Shown: positions 37,146 through 48,572, counted from the stretch's first letter. The stretch is 64,000 nucleotides of DNA from Candidatus Enterousia sp. (GCA_045587125.1 JAZNBN010000020.1:1796-65795); one strand, 5' to 3'. The notes: generated by a model from the sequence alone, not told the origin. Numbers and translations are program-made.

Positions 37146-39764
37146 GTGTACGAAATGAAAAATATTATTGGTAAATTATTAGGGTCTGCAAATGACAGAT
37201 TGGTAAAAAGTTATAATAAAACGGTTTCTTTGATAAATGATTTAGAACCAAAATATCACGCAATGTCTGATGAAGAATTACGCAGTCAAACAGATGTTTT
37301 GCGTGCAAAATTGGCGGCGGGTGCGTCTGAAAAAGATATTTTGCCAGATGCATTTGCTGTGGTACGTGAAGCATCCATTCGTACAATTGGTTTGCGACAC
37401 TTTGACGTTCAAATGATTGGGGGAATGGTTCTGAATAATGGTCAGATTTCAGAAATGAAAACCGGTGAAGGTAAAACATTGGTCGCAACATTGGCAATGT
37501 ATTTAAAGGCGTTGCATGGCAAGGGTGCACATTTGATTACTGTGAATGATTATTTGGCATCTCGTGATGCGATGTGGATGGGGGCAATTTATAAATTTTT
37601 AGGTATGTCGGTTGGTATTATTCAACATGATATGACGGACGAAGAAAGACGTGAAATGTATGCATGTGATATAACATATGTGACTAATTCAGAATTGGGT
37701 TTTGATTATCTGCGTGATAATATGAAGTTTTCAAAACAACAACAGGTTTTGCGTCCTTTCTTTTATGCGATTGTTGACGAAGTGGACAGTATTTTAATTG
37801 ACGAGGCACGTACACCTTTGATTATTTCAGGACCTGCAGAAGATACCAGTGAACTGTATAACAAAGTAGATAGTGTTGTTGCACAATTTAAAGATTCTGA
37901 TTTCAAAAAAGATGAAAAAGACAGACATGTAACACTAACAGAAAGTGGCGTTGATACGGCAACAAATTTATTAAAAGAAGCCGGTTTGTTGATTGGTGAT
38001 AATTTATATGCGTCTGAAAATGCAGCATTGGTTATGCATATTCAGCAATCTTTGTTGGCACACCACTTGTACCAGAAAAATGTAAATTATGTGGTACGTA
38101 ATGGCGAAATATTGATTGTTGATGAATTTACAGGACGTGTTATGTCGGGCCGCAGATTCGGCAAAGGATTGCATCAGGCAATCGAGGCCAAAGAACATGT
38201 AACAGTTCAGCCTGAAAATCAGACAGTGTCCAGTATTTCTTATCAGAATTTGTTCCGTTTGTACCCTACTTTGTCTGGTATGACTGGGACTGCTATGACC
38301 GAGGCGGCGGAATTTGAAGAAATATATAAATTGCGTGTCGTGTCAATCCCAACAAATCGTCCGGTTGCACGTGTTGATCATCATGATGAAATATATCGCA
38401 ACAAAGAAGAAAAATATAATGCGATATTAAAACAGATTGCGGATTGTGTTGAACGTAAACAGCCTGTGTTGGTTGGAACGGTTTCTATTGAAAAATCAGA
38501 AGAATTGGCGGCGGTTGTTCGTAAAACATTGGGTATTGATCCGGCGGTTTTGAATGCAAAACACCATGAATCCGAAGCAAAAATTGTTGCGCAGGCAGGT
38601 GCACCGGGGGCGGTGACAATTGCGACAAATATGGCCGGTCGTGGTACTGATATTAAACTGGGTGGAAATGCCGAAGAATTGATTGCAGAATTAGATGCAA
38701 ATGCCCCAGATTATGAAGACAAAAAGAAAGAAATCTATTCCAGAATAGAAGCCCAAAAGAGACAAGTTTTGGATGCGGGTGGATTGTATGTTATCGGTAC
38801 GGAACGTCATGAATCGCGTCGTATTGATAATCAGTTGCGTGGACGTTCCGGTCGTCAAGGTGACCCAGGTGATTCAAAGTTCTTTTTGGCATTGGATGAT
38901 GATTTAATGCGTATTTTTGGTGCGTCTAGATTGCAGGGAATGTTGACGACATTGGGATTGAAACCAGGTGAAGCAATCACTCACCCATGGATTACCAAGG
39001 CTTTGGAAAAGGCACAAAAACGTGTAGAGGCACGATATTTTGAGGCACGTAAAGAATTGCTGAAATATGATGACGTTATGAATGAACAACGTGGCGTTAT
39101 TTATAAACAGCGTGATGATTTAATGGTGTCCAAAGATTTAACTCAATTGGCACATGAAATGATTGGGGATGTTGTTGAAATTATTTGTGAAAACAGTATC
39201 CCAGAAAAAGCATTGCCTGCGGATTGGAATTTGGATGCAATTCATAATGCGATGATGCGTGTGTTTGCGTTGGATATCACAGATATTGAAAAATGGAAAT
39301 CAGATGAAAAAATTACAGAACGCAAAGCATACGATACATTGTTAAGTTTGGCAATGCGTAGATATTCAACCCAGGCGACAAAGTATGGCCCAGAATTGAT
39401 GCAAATGGCATCAAGACAGATGATGTTGGGTGCTTTGGATGCAGTATGGAAAAAGCATTTGCAACAGATGGATTATCTGCAAAGTGCAATTGGATTGCGT
39501 GGTTATGCCCAGAAAAATCCACTTTATGAATATAAACGTGAAGCATTGGAATTGTTTAAAAATACGGTAAATAATTTCAAAATAATGTCGATTTCTTATA
39601 TTTGTCGTATGGAATTGACACGTGAAGATGTTGCTGCAACAGAAGCAGAACGTACAAAACACGATGAAAGATTAAATCAAGCCACAGGTAATGAACGTCG
39701 TAATTCGCCATGTCCATGTGGTTCTGGGTTAAAGTTTAAGCATTGTTGTGGCAAATTAAACTGA
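37146..39764 (+). CDS. secA: preprotein translocase ATPase SecA
   Basis: 872 aa. N-terminus ...LLGSANDRLVKSY. DEAD motor motifs. C-terminal zinc-binding CPCGSGLKFKHCCG. First codon in the track appears to be GTG; the ATG (MKNIIGK) lies 9 nt further in. Confidence 0.9.
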   Translation: MYEMKNIIGKLLGSANDRLVKSYNKTVSLINDLEPKYHAMSDEELRSQTDVLRAKLAAGASEKDILPDAFAVVREASIRTIGLRHFDVQMIGGMVLNNGQISEMKTGEGKTLVATLAMYLKALHGKGAHLITVNDYLASRDAMWMGAIYKFLGMSVGIIQHDMTDEERREMYACDITYVTNSELGFDYLRDNMKFSKQQQVLRPFFYAIVDEVDSILIDEARTPLIISGPAEDTSELYNKVDSVVAQFKDSDFKKDEKDRHVTLTESGVDTATNLLKEAGLLIGDNLYASENAALVMHIQQSLLAHHLYQKNVNYVVRNGEILIVDEFTGRVMSGRRFGKGLHQAIEAKEHVTVQPENQTVSSISYQNLFRLYPTLSGMTGTAMTEAAEFEEIYKLRVVSIPTNRPVARVDHHDEIYRNKEEKYNAILKQIADCVERKQPVLVGTVSIEKSEELAAVVRKTLGIDPAVLNAKHHESEAKIVAQAGAPGAVTIATNMAGRGTDIKLGGNAEELIAELDANAPDYEDKKKEIYSRIEAQKRQVLDAGGLYVIGTERHESRRIDNQLRGRSGRQGDPGDSKFFLALDDDLMRIFGASRLQGMLTTLGLKPGEAITHPWITKALEKAQKRVEARYFEARKELLKYDDVMNEQRGVIYKQRDDLMVSKDLTQLAHEMIGDVVEIICENSIPEKALPADWNLDAIHNAMMRVFALDITDIEKWKSDEKITERKAYDTLLSLAMRRYSTQATKYGPELMQMASRQMMLGALDAVWKKHLQQMDYLQSAIGLRGYAQKNPLYEYKREALELFKNTVNNFKIMSISYICRMELTREDVAATEAERTKHDERLNQATGNERRNSPCPCGSGLKFKHCCGKLN

Positions 39765-39845
39765 TACGTATTGTGTGCGTATGTTTGTGGGTTATGATGT
39801 CCGCCAAAATGGCGGACCAATGAAAGGTAAAGGATTTAAGGGGTC

Positions 39846-42800
39846 ATGCAACAGTTTATTCATCTTCGTACTCATTCACGATTTTCGGTTGGTGCCAGTA
39901 CATTGACTATTAAAAAAATTCCGGAATTATGTTTGGCTGCGAATATGCCTGCGTGTGCGTTGACGGATACTAATTTGATGTCGGGGTGTGCGGAATTTTC
40001 AGATGTGATGCCTAAAAATAAACTGCAACCCATAATTGGTATAGAAATATCTTTGAATCATCATAATGCAGATCCAAAGATTTTACGTTCAGAATCATTG
40101 TCTAAGATTGTGTTGTTGGCACAAAATCATTCAGGATATCTGCATTTATGTGATTTAAACCGTATAATGTATATGCGTACGGAAAATCATCATTTGGGAC
40201 CTTATATTTCGTTCAGTGAATTGGAACAACATTCAGACGGTTTAATTTGTTTGTCTGGGGCACATACAGGACCAATAGGTATGGCATTGTTAAACAATCA
40301 AGAAGAACAGGCGAATATATATGCTAAAAAATTCTTGGATATATTCGGGGACAGGTTTTATATAGAAATTCAGCGTCATGGTTTGGAAGAAGAGATAAAA
40401 ACAGAACCTGGTTTTTTAAAGATAGCACGTGATTTAAATATTCCAATTGTTGCAACAAATGATGCGTGTTTCGCAACAGATACAGATTACGAGGCCGCAG
40501 ATGCTTTGGGTTGTGTGTTGGGACAGACCAAAGTTATTGATCCTGAAAGAGCACGCAAATCATCAGAACAATATTTTAAATCTTATGAACAAATGTCGGA
40601 AATATTTTCTGACCTGCCCGAGGCGATAGAAAATACAGTTGTTATATCACAGCGTTGTGGATTTATGGTGAATGTACATGAAAAACCACTTTTGCCACGA
40701 TTTGGTGATGATTTAGAGACAGAATGTCAGATGTTGCGTGATAATACCATGAATGGGTTAAAACGCAGATTGGAACAACATGGTATCACAGACACAAAAC
40801 CGTATTATGAACAGGCGGAATTTGAACTGGGGGTCATTATTGGTATGGGATTCCCTGGGTATTTTCTGATTGTTGCAGATTATATTGATTGGTGTCGTAA
40901 AAATGATGTTTTAACAGGCCCAGGTCGTGGTTCGGGGGCGGGTTCAATCGTTGCGTGGGCATTGGGTATTACAAATGTAGATCCGTTAAAGTATGGGTTG
41001 TTGTTTGAACGTTTCTTGAACCCAGATCGTATTTCTATGCCGGATTTTGACGTGGATTTTGAACCAACCGGGATTGAAAGAGTATTGGCGTATATTTGTG
41101 ATAAATATGGTCATGATTCTGTGTGCAGAATTATTACATTTGGCAGTTTGCAGGCCCGTGGTGCAATTCGTGATATTGGACGTGTGTATGGGTTGCCCTA
41201 TTCTAAATCTGATAGATTATCTAAATTGATACCCCAAGATGCCAAAACATTGAAAGACGCAGTTGGTATGTCAACGGAAATTCAGGATATATTAAATAAC
41301 GACCAAGACTTAAACAAAGTTGTAACTGTTGCCGAAGAATTAGAAGGTTCTTTACGAAATCTGGGACAGCATGCGTGTGGTGTTGTTATTGGGGACAGAC
41401 CCACAACCAAGATTGCACCTGTGTATCGTGATCCGGCCAACCAATTGCCATCTTGTCAATATGATGGTCATTATTTGGAAAGTGCAGGATTGATTAAGTT
41501 TGACTTTCTGGGATTGGAAACGTTGGTTGTATTAAAGTACGCAACCAGATTGATACAACAAACACGCGGAATAAATATAGATTTGGATAAAATCCCAACC
41601 GATGATGAAAAGACAATGAAATTATGGCAGGCTGGATTGACCGAAGGTATATTCCAGTTTGATGCCCCGTTTGTTCAACAGACTTTGCGCAAGATGCACC
41701 CAACCAGTTTTTTGGAAATTTCTGCATTAAATGCTTTGAATCGACCTGGGCCTATTGCGTTTATCCCACAATTTATTGCACGTATGCATGGTGAAGAAGA
41801 AATTGAATATGTGCACCCCAAGGCAGAACCAATCCTAAAAGAAACATATGGTATTATTGTGTATCAGGAACAGGTTATGCAACTTACGCGTGCGTTGGCT
41901 GGGTTTACACGTGGGCAATCTGATAACGTGCGTAAAGCGATGGGTAAAAAAATCATCAAGATGTTGGATGAATTAGAAGGTAAATTTTACGAAGGTTGTG
42001 AACAAGAACAGACTTTGGATCGTGCGACTGCCAAAGATTTGTGGGAAAAATTTAAAGAATTTGCAAAATATGCGTTTAATAAATCACATGCGATTGCGTA
42101 TTCTATTGTTGCAAATCAATGTGCGTATTTAAAAGCCAACTATACTCCGGAATTTTTGGCTGCATCCATGTCCAGTAATTTGAATGATACAGACCAATTG
42201 GCGATATTCGTTGATGATGCCAAGACGAATTTTGGTATTCAGATTGTGGCGCCTGATATTAATCAAAGTGAATCTTTGTTCACTGTGCGTGATGGAAAAA
42301 TTGTTTACGGATTGGCGGCGTTAAAAGGTGTTGGTGCGGTTGCAACCGATGCGATTGTGGCAGAGCGTAATGCAAATGGTAAATTTAAAAATTTAACAGA
42401 TTTTGCAAAACGTTGTGCATCAATTATGAATAAAAGAATTTTAGAAGCGTTCGCAAAAACAGGCGTGTTGGATTCTTTGGAACCAAATCGTGCAAAAATT
42501 TATTTAAATGCAGATGCGATTTTGGCTTATGCGGCTAAGTCTCGTGACGGGGCCGGTATGTTGTCTTTGTTTGCAAATACAGTTGAAGATGATGTGGATG
42601 AAGACAGACTTCAAAAGAATTTACCAGATACAACGCCATGGACTTTTTCACAAAAATTAGAAAACGAATTGTCTGCTTTGGGGCTTTATATTTCGGCCCA
42701 TCCATTGGATCAGTATAAACATTTGATAAAAAAGCACAAATTAATAACAAGTGCTACGTTAGCAAGTGTGGGTGACCGTAAACCGGTACAGGTTGCCGTG

Positions 42801-43253
42801 AATGTGAACTCTTTTGGACGCCGTAGAACCAAGACGGGCAAGGAAATGTTGACTGTAAATGCATCAGATAGTTATGGAAATATTGATGCGGTCGCCTTTG
42901 GTGATGCTGCGATTGAATTTTCGCAGATTTTGGCAAATGAAACAGTGGTTTTAATATCGGGTAAGTCGTCAAATCGTGATGACAGGGTGTCGATTTTTAT
43001 TGATTCTATTACACCGTTGACCCAATGGGTGGCAAAAATTGCCAAGAAATTAACATTGGATATCCGGGATAAGTCTGTTTTGCAGGATGTAAAAAAGGCT
43101 TTGGTGTCATTGCCACCTGGATATACAACTGTTGAATTGGTGTTACATGGTGCTGAAAAGGTCGCAACGATTGCATTACCTGGGGGTGTTGAATTGGGGG
43201 CGACAACTGTGGCTGATTTGACGGCTTTGGGACTGCGTGCAGAGGTGGAATAA
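39846..43253 (+). CDS. dnaE: DNA polymerase III alpha subunit
   Basis: 1135 aa with PHP domain N-terminus, polymerase core motifs (GLLKFDFLGL), OB-fold C-terminus. Confidence 0.9.
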   Translation: MQQFIHLRTHSRFSVGASTLTIKKIPELCLAANMPACALTDTNLMSGCAEFSDVMPKNKLQPIIGIEISLNHHNADPKILRSESLSKIVLLAQNHSGYLHLCDLNRIMYMRTENHHLGPYISFSELEQHSDGLICLSGAHTGPIGMALLNNQEEQANIYAKKFLDIFGDRFYIEIQRHGLEEEIKTEPGFLKIARDLNIPIVATNDACFATDTDYEAADALGCVLGQTKVIDPERARKSSEQYFKSYEQMSEIFSDLPEAIENTVVISQRCGFMVNVHEKPLLPRFGDDLETECQMLRDNTMNGLKRRLEQHGITDTKPYYEQAEFELGVIIGMGFPGYFLIVADYIDWCRKNDVLTGPGRGSGAGSIVAWALGITNVDPLKYGLLFERFLNPDRISMPDFDVDFEPTGIERVLAYICDKYGHDSVCRIITFGSLQARGAIRDIGRVYGLPYSKSDRLSKLIPQDAKTLKDAVGMSTEIQDILNNDQDLNKVVTVAEELEGSLRNLGQHACGVVIGDRPTTKIAPVYRDPANQLPSCQYDGHYLESAGLIKFDFLGLETLVVLKYATRLIQQTRGINIDLDKIPTDDEKTMKLWQAGLTEGIFQFDAPFVQQTLRKMHPTSFLEISALNALNRPGPIAFIPQFIARMHGEEEIEYVHPKAEPILKETYGIIVYQEQVMQLTRALAGFTRGQSDNVRKAMGKKIIKMLDELEGKFYEGCEQEQTLDRATAKDLWEKFKEFAKYAFNKSHAIAYSIVANQCAYLKANYTPEFLAASMSSNLNDTDQLAIFVDDAKTNFGIQIVAPDINQSESLFTVRDGKIVYGLAALKGVGAVATDAIVAERNANGKFKNLTDFAKRCASIMNKRILEAFAKTGVLDSLEPNRAKIYLNADAILAYAAKSRDGAGMLSLFANTVEDDVDEDRLQKNLPDTTPWTFSQKLENELSALGLYISAHPLDQYKHLIKKHKLITSATLASVGDRKPVQVAVNVNSFGRRRTKTGKEMLTVNASDSYGNIDAVAFGDAAIEFSQILANETVVLISGKSSNRDDRVSIFIDSITPLTQWVAKIAKKLTLDIRDKSVLQDVKKALVSLPPGYTTVELVLHGAEKVATIALPGGVELGATTVADLTALGLRAEVE

Positions 43254-43254
43254 C

Positions 43255-44100
43255 ATGAAACATATACCTGTATTATTAGACAGTGTTTTGAATGCCTTAG
43301 ATGACATTTGTAATAAAACGGTTATAGATTGTACATTTGGTGCAGGTGGGTATTCGCGTGCCTTTTTAGAACGTGGTGCGAATGTTATTGCCTTTGACAG
43401 GGATCCCAGTGTCGCAGATGATGCGAACAAGTTAAAACAACAATATGGTGAAAAATTTAAGTTTATTCAAAGTGCTTTTTCAGAAATATCACAAATTGAT
43501 ACAACTGTTGATGCGGTTGTTTTTGATCTTGGGATTTCTTCTATGCAGATTGATATCCCAGAACGTGGTTTTTCATTCCGTTTTGATGCACCACTGGATA
43601 TGCGTATGGCCAGCGATGGTATGACGGCGGCGGAATATATTGCCCAGGTGGATGCGGGTGAATTAACCCGTGTGTTACGTGAATATGGTGATATGAAAAA
43701 TGCGGGTGGAATTGTACGTGCGATAAAGGCCGCCCTGCCCAAGACTACGTTTCAATTACGTGATTTGATACATAATCCGCATGATTACGCACCTGTATTT
43801 CAGGCGTTACGTATTGCGGTTAATGATGAAATGGGACAATTGGAACGTGCTTTGGCGGCGGTGCCTGGGTTGTTAAAGGTTGGTGGAATGTGTTTGTGTG
43901 TAACGTTTCATTCTTTGGAAGACCGGATTGTTAAGAATACTTTTCGTGATTGGACAACTGTGCCAGGGGATCCGCGTATACCAATTGTTGCAGATGCCCC
44001 GTTCAAGTTGGTGCGTGTCGCACAACCGTCTGCGGAAGAAATTGCTGAAAATCCCCGTGCTCGGTCGGCACATATGCGTGGTGTTATAAAATCATATTGA
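43255..44100 (+). CDS. rsmH: 16S rRNA (cytosine1402-N4)-methyltransferase RsmH (MraW)
   Basis: Motifs HIPVLL, DCTFGAGGYS, FDRD, GISSMQID, RGFSFRFDAPLDMRM, FHSLEDRIVK, NPRARSA. The longer ORF from 43237 overlaps the dnaE end by 17 nt. Confidence 0.85.
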   Translation: MKHIPVLLDSVLNALDDICNKTVIDCTFGAGGYSRAFLERGANVIAFDRDPSVADDANKLKQQYGEKFKFIQSAFSEISQIDTTVDAVVFDLGISSMQIDIPERGFSFRFDAPLDMRMASDGMTAAEYIAQVDAGELTRVLREYGDMKNAGGIVRAIKAALPKTTFQLRDLIHNPHDYAPVFQALRIAVNDEMGQLERALAAVPGLLKVGGMCLCVTFHSLEDRIVKNTFRDWTTVPGDPRIPIVADAPFKLVRVAQPSAEEIAENPRARSAHMRGVIKSY

Positions 44101-44144
44101 CCGAATGTATGCGATTTTTGTAGTGTTTAACCAAAGGAAAGGCT

Positions 44145-44585
44145 GTGTTTATGTTTTTTAAAAGAAAAAATAAGTTAAAACATGCGGTTATAGATGCAGA
44201 TAATGCGAAAAAAGTCAATCCATTGGATTTGTCGGCAGACCAAGATTTGACAATTGCTATTATGAATTTAATTAAATTAGAAAAATTATTAGATGGTGTT
44301 GATACGTCTGGCGGGTACGATATGTGTGGTGCAATTCGTGATATGCGGCATCGTTTGATGGGGCGTGTTGTATCCGATACAGACGGTGATTTATGGAATA
44401 TGTCGTTGTATTTACTGGGGTTGGCAACTGATTTTATGGAACGCGGATTTATGACAACTGGTGCGTCGGCGTACGAAATGTTTGATAAATCGTACGAGGT
44501 TTATTCTTTGTTTTGGGGACTGAATATGGGGCTGATAACGGTTTCAGATGTGGCCCAGGATATTGAAAAACAAAAAAACATATAA
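44145..44585 (+). CDS. hypothetical protein (146 aa)
   Basis: ORF with plausible spacing to neighbours; no motif recognised. Confidence 0.4.
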   Translation: MFMFFKRKNKLKHAVIDADNAKKVNPLDLSADQDLTIAIMNLIKLEKLLDGVDTSGGYDMCGAIRDMRHRLMGRVVSDTDGDLWNMSLYLLGLATDFMERGFMTTGASAYEMFDKSYEVYSLFWGLNMGLITVSDVAQDIEKQKNI

Positions 44586-44652
44586 CGTGTAAAATTTGCT
44601 ATTGCGTTGCATGGGTAAAAAATGATAAAATGCAAAAAAGAGAGAAAGAAAA

Positions 44653-47091
44653 GTGAAAGGTCTTTTTAAACATTTTGGCAAGGTTTCTGCGATACTGACA
44701 ATGTGTGTTGGTGTTGGCAATTTGTATGCGGCCCAGGCACCAAATCCGCGTGGTGCATCGCATTCTGATGTTCGTTCCGATGTACGCAGTGGTGTACGTG
44801 GTGATGGTAGTTCTGCAAATGTTGTTTCCCGTGGTGCAACGAATCGTAGTGTGGTAAGTAATGGGCGTGGTACGGCGGCACGTACGGCGGTGGCCCCTGC
44901 CCGTGCTACGACGGCGCGCACTGCCACAAATACCAAGGTTGTTGCAATTCCGAAACGCACAAATGCGACCAATGTTCGCAGTGCTGTTCCTGCGACGACT
45001 GCACGCAGTGCGGTTGCGGGGGTAAAAACTGGACGTAATTCTGGAAATATCAAAATAACCAAGGCTGGGTTGGGACGTGCGGCACGTGCAACGGCTGTGT
45101 TTTCTGATATTTCAAAAATTGGTGGTGGTTATGGTCAATGTCGTGATTCGTATGCTACATGTATGGACCAGTTTTGTGCAAACGCAAATGATACATACCG
45201 TCGTTGTTTTTGTAGTGGGCGTTTTACAGAATTTCGTGACACAGAATTGGCGTTGGGCGAAGCCAAGGTTTTATTACAGAAATTTGAAGATAATAATTTA
45301 AATGCAGTTGATAAAACTGCGGCTGAGGTTAATGCAATGTACACCGCCACGATTGGCGAGGCTGCAATTAAAAATGACGTCAGTGGTGCCCAGTCTATAT
45401 TAAATGAAATTGGTGATTTGTTGTCTGGTAAAAAGAAGGCGGGGCAGCAACAGGAAAGCCAAACAATGGATTTAGGGTCTTTGGATTTTACTGTTAATAT
45501 TGATGATATTTGGGGGAGTTCTAATTCCATGTTTGATTCTGGTGGGCGTAGCGGTCCAAATATGGCAGAATTAGAAGGTAAATCATTATATAACGAAGCC
45601 AGCAAGCAATGCTTGGAATTGACATCGGATGCATGTACCAGTAGTGCTGTGTTAAACATGGCGACCAGTGCATATGACATTATGATTACCCAGGATTGTA
45701 ATTTGTACGAAAAAAAGATTGATTCCCAACGTGAAGCGGTTATGAAAACAGTGCGCGAGGCTGAAAAGATTCTGCGTGAAGCACGTCTGGAAGAATATCG
45801 TTCCCATAATTCTGCGGACGTAAACGAATGTATTACAAAGGTAAAAGCTGCTATATTACAGGATACAGCCTGTGGTGAAGATTATAAACGTTGTTTAGAT
45901 TATTCTGGTGTATATGTTAATCAGACAACGGGCGAACCAATTTATTCACCACGTTTGTTTGAAATGAATAAATTAATAGAACTGGAAGGTGCAACAGGTA
46001 ACCTGGATGTTTTGGGACAAAACAAAGCGTTTAATGATTTCTTGGATTCTAAGCGTGTGTTTGCAGAGACAGCATTAGATTCATGCCGTGGTATTGCGGA
46101 TACAGCATGGACAGAATTTAAGCGTACTGCCCTGATTGAAATTGCCCAGGCCCAAGATGAAAAAATAGAAGAAGTCAAAAATTCATGCGTTGAAACAATG
46201 GCAGAATGTTATGATGCACAGTCTGGTGCATTGAAATCATTTGATAATACTAAATCACAATACACGGGTGCGTTATCCGTTGCAGCGGCTAAGAATATGT
46301 GCCAGGACAAAGTGACGGCATGTGCGGCATTGTATGGAAATAATACAGCTTGTAAGATTGATGGTAATGGCAAGATTACAAATCCAAAGGAATGTGGGGT
46401 TGGAGAATTGTTGACCTTTGTGGATACTGTTGATACGATTAAAATGAATGAAGGCTGTGCTGAGGCATTAACAAACTATGTAACCAAAGATTTGTGTGTC
46501 CCATTGGCTAGCGAGGCAAATCGTGCATATCCGTGGGGATGTCGCAATTTAAGTCAGGAAGATTTGCGGTCGTCTATTATGGCACGTGCCAAAGAATATT
46601 GTGTGAATGTGCCAGATACTGGTTGTGAAGAGGAGATTAATTCCACAACATTTGATTCAAGTTCTTCGGATTGCGTAACAGTTAATAATTTGATTGAAAA
46701 TGTTAAATCTGAAATGTCATATATGTTTAGTGATGAATGTACAAATTTGGGCGGTATTTGGATTGATAATGAAGATGGCGCTTTCGGCGCAGCTGGAAAT
46801 TATGTGTCGACGGTTAATATTGGCGGTACGGGGCTGACAGAGTTTTATCTGGCGATGAATGCGGGTACGATGCAAGAAAGTGAGAAGTCGATTGGTATAT
46901 ACGGAAATTGTTATCAAAATTCAGTGAAAACACAGTGTGAATTATATGGAACAGATTCGGGTGCAACATATAATGAAACAACCGGACAATGTGATTTTGA
47001 TGATACGTGGTATGAAGCGCAATGTGCATTATTGGGTGGGTATTTTGAAGGGAATACATGTTATTATGATAAGGAATCACAACAAAAATAG
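44653..47091 (+). CDS. secreted cysteine-rich protein, paralogue B of the ~810-aa family (CMDQFC...YRRC core)
   Basis: Signal peptide MKGLFKHFGKVSAILTMCVGVGNLYAAQA, then a basic Arg/Ser/Thr-rich low-complexity region, then a Cys-rich domain co-linear with the 10529..12973 product. Confidence 0.7.
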   Translation: MKGLFKHFGKVSAILTMCVGVGNLYAAQAPNPRGASHSDVRSDVRSGVRGDGSSANVVSRGATNRSVVSNGRGTAARTAVAPARATTARTATNTKVVAIPKRTNATNVRSAVPATTARSAVAGVKTGRNSGNIKITKAGLGRAARATAVFSDISKIGGGYGQCRDSYATCMDQFCANANDTYRRCFCSGRFTEFRDTELALGEAKVLLQKFEDNNLNAVDKTAAEVNAMYTATIGEAAIKNDVSGAQSILNEIGDLLSGKKKAGQQQESQTMDLGSLDFTVNIDDIWGSSNSMFDSGGRSGPNMAELEGKSLYNEASKQCLELTSDACTSSAVLNMATSAYDIMITQDCNLYEKKIDSQREAVMKTVREAEKILREARLEEYRSHNSADVNECITKVKAAILQDTACGEDYKRCLDYSGVYVNQTTGEPIYSPRLFEMNKLIELEGATGNLDVLGQNKAFNDFLDSKRVFAETALDSCRGIADTAWTEFKRTALIEIAQAQDEKIEEVKNSCVETMAECYDAQSGALKSFDNTKSQYTGALSVAAAKNMCQDKVTACAALYGNNTACKIDGNGKITNPKECGVGELLTFVDTVDTIKMNEGCAEALTNYVTKDLCVPLASEANRAYPWGCRNLSQEDLRSSIMARAKEYCVNVPDTGCEEEINSTTFDSSSSDCVTVNNLIENVKSEMSYMFSDECTNLGGIWIDNEDGAFGAAGNYVSTVNIGGTGLTEFYLAMNAGTMQESEKSIGIYGNCYQNSVKTQCELYGTDSGATYNETTGQCDFDDTWYEAQCALLGGYFEGNTCYYDKESQQK

Positions 47092-47118
47092 AGAAAGCTC
47101 TTCTGAAAGGTGGACAGA

Positions 47119-48541
47119 TATGAAAAGAATGATGTTGTTTTTGATGATGTTTGTGTATATAACGCCATTGTTTGCACAAAGTAAGGGTGATGGTGCGTTG
47201 TATTACAATGATTGGGTTGTTAGTGACTCTATTCCTGATGATGCGTGTGATGTAAAGTCAAAAGATATGGGGTTGACAAAGCTCGCCGTTGAATGTAATG
47301 CAACTAGAATGACGGTGGCTACTGTTGTAAATGATAATTATATAGGTTATAAGGGGCAAGAGTATGTTGCACGTGAAATTAATCGATATGGTGCCAAGTT
47401 TTGCAAAACGGTTATAGGTGGTTATCGTAAAAATTGTCATTTTATGTCATATACCAGATATTTTGAGCCAGAGGTTCAGGATTGTTTTTGGTTGTGTAAG
47501 GAAGGGTATTATGGTGAATCATGCATGTCAACCGCATTGACCAGTGTGACCCCCCAGATACCGATGGAGCAATTTTTAATTAAAAAGCCGAAAGACGGTG
47601 TTGGTGCGTTGGCACCTTTTGGTACATCTGGGGATAATATAGAGGAACAAATCCCTATGTTTAGAGCGAATGAAGGGATAGATTGTTGGGATTGGAAAAA
47701 TCGTGCAGGTAGTTCATGTGACTATACAGATCATTTTGAAGATCTATATTCCGATGATCCAGAAGAACACGATATGATTTTGGCTGTGCAAAGTATAGGA
47801 AGTACGGATTCAAAATTCCAAATAAAGGTTCAACCATTGCTTTTACGTGCAGGCGCATCACAATATTGCTCTGGCAATGAAGCGGCATGGAATGCATGGC
47901 CGATGATGAAATTTGTAGGAAAACCAATATCTGTTTGCCCGTCTGATTATAAACAGGAAAAAAACAGTGATGGTACCATTAATTGTATAGATCCAGAAGC
48001 GCTGTCAAGACAAGAAAAGGCAAGTGTAGAAGCCTTAAAGGCTGATAAGCTGTCGCATTTATGTTCGTCTGATGGTTATCAATCTTCGTTATTCAAGGAT
48101 GAAATACATAATTTGGTGGTTGTTGATAAAGATACCAAGCAAATCAAGAAAGAGGGAGAGCAGCCAACGTTAGATGACGTTTATGATTGGTATGATAAGA
48201 ATGCGTGTGCTATATACAAGTGTAAATCGGAAGGTTTGGCATTTAAATCGGATTGGAAAACATCTGGCGATATGGGGTGTTATGATTGTACGGGGGGTAC
48301 TGGACGTTTTGGTATAGATAAACTGGGGGTGTGTATAAAATGTGATGATGGTCAGATTTTCATTGATGGCGAGTGTAAAGTAGCCAGCACGTTGTCAAAA
48401 ACTGATATGTTATATGGGATGGGTAAAACTTCTTCGACTAGCTTAGCTGATATGTGTTGGACCGAGACTAACCCTACATTATATAAATGTTGTGTTTCGA
48501 ATAACCAGATACCTGGTGCTGCTGCGTGTAACAACAAATAA
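47119..48541 (+). CDS. secreted cysteine-rich protein (about 474 aa), unknown function
   Basis: Signal peptide MKRMMLFLMMFVYITPLFAQS and about 36 Cys. Start 28 nt after the paralogue B stop. The longer ORF from 46937 overlaps the upstream gene. Confidence 0.55.
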
Positions 48542-48543
48542 AT

Positions 48544-48572
48544 AAAAAAATCCCCGAAATGGGGATTTTTTA
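48544..48572. terminator. bidirectional rho-independent terminator
   Basis: Hairpin ATCCCCgaaatGGGGAT flanked by A-run and T-run. Confidence 0.6.
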
